DNA of 64,000 nucleotides from Escherichia coli (GTDB lineage Bacteria; Pseudomonadota; Gammaproteobacteria; Enterobacterales; Enterobacteriaceae): NCBI RefSeq assembly GCF_003334305.1, contig NZ_QOWS01000009.1; one strand, 5' to 3'. Shown piece by piece: positions 60,232 to 64,000 of this stretch (position 1 is its first letter; each line of letters starts with the position of its first letter). The notes under the pieces were generated by a model. It saw only the letters and a program-made list of their open reading frames with translations, ran no database searches and was not told where the DNA came from. The position numbers and the translations under genes were made by a program.

Positions 60232-60560
60232 TTATAAATGTGTACAACGGGGATTATTTTTACATTGCATATTATTACCAGAAGCGACTGGAATACTAAG
60301 CACATCATAAAAATTATCATCACATGGTATATCTGAAACACACGAAAGCATACCTAAAGTTATACTGTATAAACAGGTGGCTAATCCCAAGGGGATCGAT
60401 TCCAGAAATCGGGTTCAACGGATACTGATAAAAATTCCACCTACCTTCCAGCCCAATCGGAGCCTGAGTGTTATACCGCCCCTGCTGCGGTTAATGTTAC
60501 CGATAATAGTTATAGTACAGCCCTGATTCATCATCATACTACTGCTGCGGCAGTCTGATG
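60232..60560 (-). pseudogene. degenerate Rhs core-end remnant with short C-terminal tip
   Basis: Minus-strand frame reads ...[82 protein letters not shown]; in-frame TAA just upstream and a 1-nt indel relative to the intact copies. Confidence 0.6.
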
Positions 60561-60571
60561 AACTATTGCTT

Positions 60572-61033
60572 TTACGGATTCTCCTTATTCTTCCTTCTAT
60601 CCATTCGCTTTAGCTTTTTGAGCTCTTGAAGTTTGCTCTTTGCATCAATATTACCGTTATTTACAGCGAATTCCATCCAATAAATAGCTCTATTCAAATT
60701 ATAATATTCTGATAATGTTGGATTTGTATCTGATAAAAAGACCCCATAATTAAACTGCGCTGTAACATTCCCCTGAGATGCTGATCTTTCCAAGAATCGC
60801 AATTGTTTATCAATATTATTTTTAGTAAAGCAGTAATATTGATATAGTCGAAATGATGCCTCTGAATCACCATGTTGTGATTTATACTTCAGTTTCATCA
60901 GCTTTTCTTCACTTAAATCATAGGTCATTGCTGTAGATCCCATCACACTTTCGTTTTCTTTTATTTTCACATCAGCACCATGCAATTGACCAATAAGAGA
61001 AAAATAAAAAAATAGTAACAAGCATGCTTTCAT
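60572..61033 (-). CDS. yibG: Sel1-like repeat protein with signal peptide (putative immunity protein)
   Basis: 153-aa ORF; signal peptide MKACLLLFFYFSLIGQLHGA; Sel1/TPR-like repeats; immediately downstream of an orphan Rhs tip. Confidence 0.8.
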   Translation of the reverse strand: MKACLLLFFYFSLIGQLHGADVKIKENESVMGSTAMTYDLSEEKLMKLKYKSQHGDSEASFRLYQYYCFTKNNIDKQLRFLERSASQGNVTAQFNYGVFLSDTNPTLSEYYNLNRAIYWMEFAVNNGNIDAKSKLQELKKLKRMDRRKNKENP

Positions 61034-61044
61034 ACATCTACAAC

Positions 61045-61989
61045 CTATCTTATATCACTGGGTTTTTCTGGCGTACCTTGCATATTAGAAATGGGGTGCC
61101 CAGATGGCCCATATGTTATCCAATTACCAAGGTCTTTTGTTGTTATAGCCATTAGATCCTTATTTGAATTAAGGTTCGTTGGTGCTGTTAGCACTGTATC
61201 CATTTTTAACTTACCATTAGTTCCTCGCCCCCACCACGTCCATAGCGTGTCAGGTCCTATTACATTTGTATGTAACTCTTTAGCTAATTGGCTAGCAAAT
61301 GAATTTTGTCCTTTACCTGTATTACAAGAAAATAACCAAACTGTCATCCCATCTTTATAATTCCCATCAAATTTAATTAGATATGCTAGATCTTTAGCTG
61401 TCATGATACTGCGCGTTGCGGATTCAATAGATGTGGGGGTACCATGCCCCCCGATTGTGAAAACGCCTGGGATATTAATCTCATCAGCTACAGAATGGAT
61501 AAGATCACTTTCGGGGTATAAATTTATATCAACCAAACCTTGCGGATCTACATTTATGACCGGATTCAACGGATACTGATAAAAATTCCATCCCCCCTTC
61601 AGCCCAATCGGATCCTGAGTGATATACCGCCCCTGCAGCGGGTCATAATAGCGGTGGCGGTTGTAATACAGGCCGGACTCCTCATCATACTGCTGCCCCG
61701 GCAGCCGGATAAGCTGCTGCAGCTGATGCGGGTTCTCTTCATTCAGCAGGTTGCCCCATTCATCATATTCTGCGCACCACGCTGTTGCCCCTTCCGTGCT
61801 GATGAGCGCCAGCGGCAGGCCGCGATGGTCGCAGTGGTACAGGTGGATTTTTCGCGCCGGCGTGTACACCGGGTCCATCTGGTTTTTCATCTGCTCCACG
61901 GTCAGGCCGCACGATGCCAGCCAGCGGCGGCTTTCCTCACTCACCCGGTCAGCTAGGATTTCACTTTCCAGCCGGTCGAGCATCTGCAC
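61045..61989 (-). CDS. orphan Rhs C-terminal fragment (partial core plus toxin tip), YibJ-like
   Basis: 314-aa ORF containing core-end ...[39 protein letters not shown] followed by about 170 aa with GGHGTP and LFSCNTGKG motifs. Confidence 0.75.
   Translation of the reverse strand: MQMLDRLESEILADRVSEESRRWLASCGLTVEQMKNQMDPVYTPARKIHLYHCDHRGLPLALISTEGATAWCAEYDEWGNLLNEENPHQLQQLIRLPGQQYDEESGLYYNRHRYYDPLQGRYITQDPIGLKGGWNFYQYPLNPVINVDPQGLVDINLYPESDLIHSVADEINIPGVFTIGGHGTPTSIESATRSIMTAKDLAYLIKFDGNYKDGMTVWLFSCNTGKGQNSFASQLAKELHTNVIGPDTLWTWWGRGTNGKLKMDTVLTAPTNLNSNKDLMAITTKDLGNWITYGPSGHPISNMQGTPEKPSDIR
61560..61706. repeat. Rhs core-end homology block (copy 2 of 3)
   Basis: About 145 bp nearly identical to 63857-64000, more diverged from 60405-60545. 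Confidence 0.85.
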
Positions 61990-62030
61990 CGTGCCGGCGG
62001 GAATCCCCCACTGTGCATAGGCAACTCACG

Positions 62031-62873
62031 CTATGAACGCTTCAGCTTATCAATAGCGGAAGTTATAATTTCATTGTCATCAAACTTGTACAACATAGTA
62101 TCTAAAACAGGAAGTAGCGTTTTATCACCTAATTCACCCGCAGCTTCAATGATATCATCATAAACAGTATTTTTTTTTAACTCATCGCATAAAACAGATA
62201 AAACCCTTTTATCTTTTCTGTAGGAAAGTCCGATTATTGCTTCAATACGGACTTCCTCATTTTTATCCTGAAGCATCTCCACAAAACAATCCCTAATATC
62301 ACTATTATCATATTTATTGATATTTATTGCAAATGCGGCCCAGTTTCTGACATCTCCATTTGGATCTTTTAACAGATTAATCAATAGTGGAATTGTTGCT
62401 TTATCATTGATAACAGAAATAGCAAATGCTGTAGCACGTCTGACATTAGTCGATTTATCAAAAGCAGTAATTTGAGATTGTTCTACTATTTTAGGTGAAT
62501 AAATTTGGTTTTTCTTGCATCGCTGAGCCGTTGACTCGATTGCCGTAGCTCGAACGCAAGCGCTCTTATCATTCAATGCCATATTGTTCAAAATATTAAA
62601 AACATTATCTTCGCATTTTTTGCAAATTTTTATTTGCCCGAGTATAAATGCTCCGATATCTCTACGGATATAATTTTTATCAGAGCAGAACTCAATTGCC
62701 AATCTAACAGCGTCTTGCCCACCTCTTAACTGTAATACTCTGGCAGATGAAATCCTTTTCAAGGAATTGTGATCATCAAGTAAGCGAAATAATTCATCAT
62801 CATTTAGTTTCTTACATTGATTATATAAACCATACTCTTTACTTGCCTTTCTTTTCTGGTATGTATTTGACAT
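62031..62873 (-). CDS. yibA: HEAT-repeat protein YibA (putative immunity / lyase-like)
   Basis: ORF 62031-62888; start trimmed to MSNTYQKRKASKEYGLYNQCKKLNDDELFRLLDDHNSLKRISSARVL; HEAT-like repeats. Confidence 0.8.
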   Translation of the reverse strand: MSNTYQKRKASKEYGLYNQCKKLNDDELFRLLDDHNSLKRISSARVLQLRGGQDAVRLAIEFCSDKNYIRRDIGAFILGQIKICKKCEDNVFNILNNMALNDKSACVRATAIESTAQRCKKNQIYSPKIVEQSQITAFDKSTNVRRATAFAISVINDKATIPLLINLLKDPNGDVRNWAAFAININKYDNSDIRDCFVEMLQDKNEEVRIEAIIGLSYRKDKRVLSVLCDELKKNTVYDDIIEAAGELGDKTLLPVLDTMLYKFDDNEIITSAIDKLKRS

Positions 62874-62977
62874 TGCAGGAACCTCCATAAAGGCTATCTT
62901 TTTCTATCGTTTGACTGTCTGGAGTCCTCCACCTACTCTGCCATCAGCGCACACGATGTTTGATTATCCTTACATAC

Positions 62978-63361
62978 TTATTTTCCGTGGCCAAAATTCA
63001 GAATTCTCCCATCATTTTTGCCTATTTCTATAATAAAAACCCCACCAGCAATTTGGTCTGAGTGAATGGTACCTTCAACAACCCAACTTGTTGTTAACTC
63101 AGTGATTTCGTATGGTTTTTCTTCTTCTGCGGCATCCTGTCCATAACGATTCTTAACATATATCTCAGCTAATTCCAATGCTATAGCTTTATTTTTAACC
63201 AAATTTCTAACGGTATATTTACCTTCACTTTCATACTTGCGCATTATTTTAATATTATTATTACACTGTGCCCATGTGTTGTATGTAAAAACAAACAAAG
63301 ATACAATGACACAGTTCCTAAACAATATTTTTTTACATATTACCATGAACTCTGCAGACAT
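62978..63361 (-). CDS. putative Rhs immunity protein with N-terminal signal-like segment
   Basis: 127-aa ORF; start overlaps rhsA stop by about 29 nt; N-terminus [23 protein letters not shown]. Confidence 0.55.
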   Translation of the reverse strand: MSAEFMVICKKILFRNCVIVSLFVFTYNTWAQCNNNIKIMRKYESEGKYTVRNLVKNKAIALELAEIYVKNRYGQDAAEEEKPYEITELTTSWVVEGTIHSDQIAGGVFIIEIGKNDGRILNFGHGK

Positions 63362-64000
63362 TAGGTAATCCTTTTCTGTTTGTTATTTCCTTCCCGTGGT
63401 TATCTATTGCTTTAAAATTACCACTGGGCGTACCTAAATAAAATGACTTGATATTGTTATCTTTACTTTTAACTATTTTCTCATCTTTACCTGAAAATAT
63501 TTCGTCCCAATATTCTCCATGACTATCTGCACCATGAGTATGATAAGCTGATACTTTCTCAGTACCATTAGGGCAAGGGCTATTGAATGGATATGATCCT
63601 TTTCTTTCTCCTCGGTTAGGTGCTGTTGAGAAATATCTGCCACTATTATCCTTACATATTAAACCAGCGAACTCTTTATCTTCGCAAATAGATTGGCTAT
63701 TTATTTTATTTAAGGCGTCATATGCGGTGCTATCTATAGAATCAAATTTATCTGGACCTATCATAGCGGATAGTGTGCCGCAAAGACCATTAGTACATGC
63801 CCCCGATTTTGCATCCTCCCACATAGATAAACCCAGGGGGTCGATGTCTGATATCGGATTCAATTGATATCCATACAGGTTCCATCCCCCCTTCAGTCCA
63901 ATCGGATCCTGAGTGATATATCGCCCCTGCAGCGGGTCATAATAGCGGTGGCGGTTGTAATACAGGCCGGACTCCTCATCATACTGCTGCCCCGGCAGCC
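63333..64000 (-). CDS. rhsA: Rhs protein 3' end with polymorphic C-terminal toxin tip; gene continues beyond window end
   Basis: Frame reads ...[58 protein letters not shown] then a 164-aa cysteine-rich tip; the ORF-track 63333-63863 entry is the portion after the first in-window Met. Confidence 0.85.
   Translation of the reverse strand, partial: LPGQQYDEESGLYYNRHRYYDPLQGRYITQDPIGLKGGWNLYGYQLNPISDIDPLGLSMWEDAKSGACTNGLCGTLSAMIGPDKFDSIDSTAYDALNKINSQSICEDKEFAGLICKDNSGRYFSTAPNRGERKGSYPFNSPCPNGTEKVSAYHTHGADSHGEYWDEIFSGKDEKIVKSKDNNIKSFYLGTPSGNFKAIDNHGKEITNRKGLPNVCRVHGNM
63857..64000. repeat. Rhs core-end homology block (copy 1 of 3)
   Basis: Near-identical to 61560-61706. Confidence 0.85.

Overview
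This window reads as a contiguous stretch of Escherichia coli chromosome, running from recG/trmH/spoT through the LPS core (waa) locus, kbl-tdh, the secB-gpsA-cysE and lldPRD operons and the mtl operon to the 3' end of rhsA. All calls rest on reading the supplied ORF translations and the DNA by eye against remembered E. coli proteins and motifs; no database search was run. Most of the window is conserved core genome in the expected order and orientation. Three parts look accessory: (1) an AT-rich outer-core LPS block whose gene content (three GT8 genes, waaY, a GT2 gene, waaL) matches the R1 core type rather than K-12; (2) a lipoprotein gene plus a 1616-aa trimeric autotransporter adhesin (UpaG/EhaG/SadA family) sitting between lldP and yibL; (3) an AT-rich array of Rhs C-terminal toxin tips and small putative immunity genes downstream of rhsA. 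No rRNA, tRNA, CRISPR array, IS element, integrase or prophage was recognisable. I do not see a clearly novel multi-gene system; the best candidates for undescribed biology are the Rhs tip/immunity modules at 59.0-64.0 kb, followed by the lipoprotein-adhesin pair and the yibI-yibH membrane pair.
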